Of a stretch of 64,000 bases of DNA, positions 62,181-64,000 are shown one piece after another. The DNA is from Eledone cirrhosa (lineage: Eukaryota), in NCBI GenBank assembly GCA_964016885.1, contig OZ024741.1:200260001-200324000 (forward strand), written 5' to 3'. The position numbers were made by a program, and so were the translations under genes. Each line of letters starts with the position of its first letter. Position 1 is the stretch's first letter. The notes beneath the pieces are model-generated. The model made no database searches. It was not told where the DNA came from and was given only the letters and a program-made list of their open reading frames with translations.

Positions 62181-63629
62181 TTAAACAACATTACAAGTAA
62201 CTAATTAAGGTACAAGGCCAACCATTTGTGGGGAAGGAAAAATTGATTACATTGTTCTGACCTGGAGAGGGGGTGAGATGTCACAATAGCACTCCTATGA
62301 CTCCTACCAGGAGTTACGGTCCATCCATAGTTGCAATTTTCTTGAGAATGCTAGCAAATAATTGTATAATGGTTAAGTGTGCTTTCCAGGACCTGTTTGT
62401 TGCTGTTCTCAGCAGCAAGGTATATAACCCATTTAGGTATTTGTATGTATATATGGACTTGATGGAATTGTTGGAGTTCATCCCCTCTCCAAGTCTGAAC
62501 ACAGCTTTTTCCAGAGAATAGGAGAGAGAGTGAGATAGGAATATAGAGGAAGAATCATCCAAGAGCTGAACTGGTACATTTTTTTTTTATCGACCTCAAA
62601 AGGATGAAAGGCAAAGTTGACCTCAGCAGGTTCTGAACACAGTACATAAACAGCATGAAGGAATACCACAAAGCATTCTATCCAAAGTTCTAATGACTTT
62701 GCCAATTCACCTTCTATTTAGGTATTTAGTAAGCCACATCATGCATCAACTCCATCACTCACTTGGCAATCCCTGGCACTAGAGATCACGGCAGACCAAG
62801 GAAGACGTGATTGGAGTGCGTGAAGAGTGATTTGTATAAATGGAACTTGGTCGATGTCGATACTCTGGACAGAAATTCATGGAGAGCAGCTGTGAGACAT
62901 TGCCTGGTGTTGTCTACCTCAGAGTCTGGGACAACCACAACACCCTAAAGACCAAAACTGGATGTGGATGGATGGAAGTGAGAATTCAGCTTTAGCCCAC
63001 CATCACTAGCATGAATATGGACCATGCAAATGACACAGTTACAATATCTGATAAACTAGAAGTGATTACATAACTTCATAGAATTGAAAATACTGCCAAA
63101 AAAAAAAAAATAGGGCTATACATCAAAAACTGAATTCATGCAAATGTTATGTACCATTATTATTAACATTTTGAGGGCAGTGGATTGGCAGTATCGGTAG
63201 AGGGTCGGACGCCATGTTTTGCAGCAAAGAGTTACGACCCTTTGTGGTCAAATCCAGCCAAGGTTAACTTTGCCTTTCATCCTTACGGGGTCGATAAAAT
63301 AAAGTACCAGTAATTACACTGGGTAATTGCTGGCCTTGTGCCAAAAGTAGAAACAATTATTATTAACATTTTGAAAAAGGCAGTAGATTGACAATATTAG
63401 GACTAAATGCTTTGTGGTAGTTAGTTATGATTTTCTACATTCTGAGTTACAAATTCAACAATGGTCAACTTTGCTTTTCATCCTTTCAGGGTCAATACAA
63501 AATATCATTTAACTACTGGGGTTGACATAATCTATTTTTCCCTTCCTCCAAATTGTTGGCCTTGTGCTAATGTTAGAAAGAATTATTATTTTGAAAATTG
63601 TGTCAAATTAATAAAAATAACAAGTTTAC

Positions 63630-64000
63630 CTGTCCGTAACACTTTAGTGTGCATAGTTTCATGGAATATAATGACACTTGGTCCCATAGTAGAGAGTGAA
63701 AGGTTCAAATTGCACCGCTTATTCGCTGCTTTCAGTTCTTCAGCAAAATGTTTCCCATAAGCATTTGAAGCATCCCCCAGAAAGTAGAAGAGATCATTGT
63801 GTAGACGCTCAGCACGTGTCCTGTAGATAACAATATCAGAGACAGCTAGTACTTTAAGCAGAAGACGTGTTCTTTGGTTTTGGTTTTTTGTCACACCAAG
63901 CATACCTTCTGTATCTATGATTATTGCTTTACTTATGGGATCATAAGCTGCCCAGACTCCTATAGTACAGGAGTCCTGAGATGTTGAAGTTGGAAAGACT
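63630..64000 (-). CDS. ZFYVE1: ZFYVE1 coding exon (GBP/atlastin-like NTPase domain), continues past the window end
   Basis: SCTIGVWAAYDP..IDTEGMLG..QRTRLLLKVLAVSDIVIYRTRAERLHNDLF..GPSVIIFHET. GT donor at 63629, phase 1. Confidence 0.96.

Overview
AT-rich, repeat-dense animal genomic DNA. The SINE/LINE repertoire points to an octopod cephalopod, which is an inference. One host gene is supported: the 3' nine coding exons of ZFYVE1/DFCP1 on the minus strand (42645 to beyond 64000). I joined them by hand through GT-AG sites with consistent phases; they encode the end of the GBP/atlastin-like NTPase domain, a Cys-rich linker and two FYVE fingers. The rest is mostly decayed mobile DNA: CRE-clade and RTE-clade LINEs, a Gypsy LTR element, Helitron ends, Tc1/pogo and piggyBac MITEs, two tRNA-derived SINE families, and Penelope-type fragments sitting in (TA)n. 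Most notable: (1) a ~431-bp tandem repeat in a ZFYVE1 intron carrying a minimal hammerhead ribozyme and an octamer motif (retrozyme-like); (2) a second, complete hammerhead in the same intron, in the sense orientation of the pre-mRNA; (3) a decayed class I viral fusion glycoprotein (F/Env-like) gene at ~37.9-39.2 kb with no gag/pol next to it; (4) a 6.4-kb, 50-bp satellite that grew out of an RTE LINE 3' UTR and shows higher-order repeats. All family assignments come from motif recognition by eye; no database search was run. Repeat boundaries are approximate.
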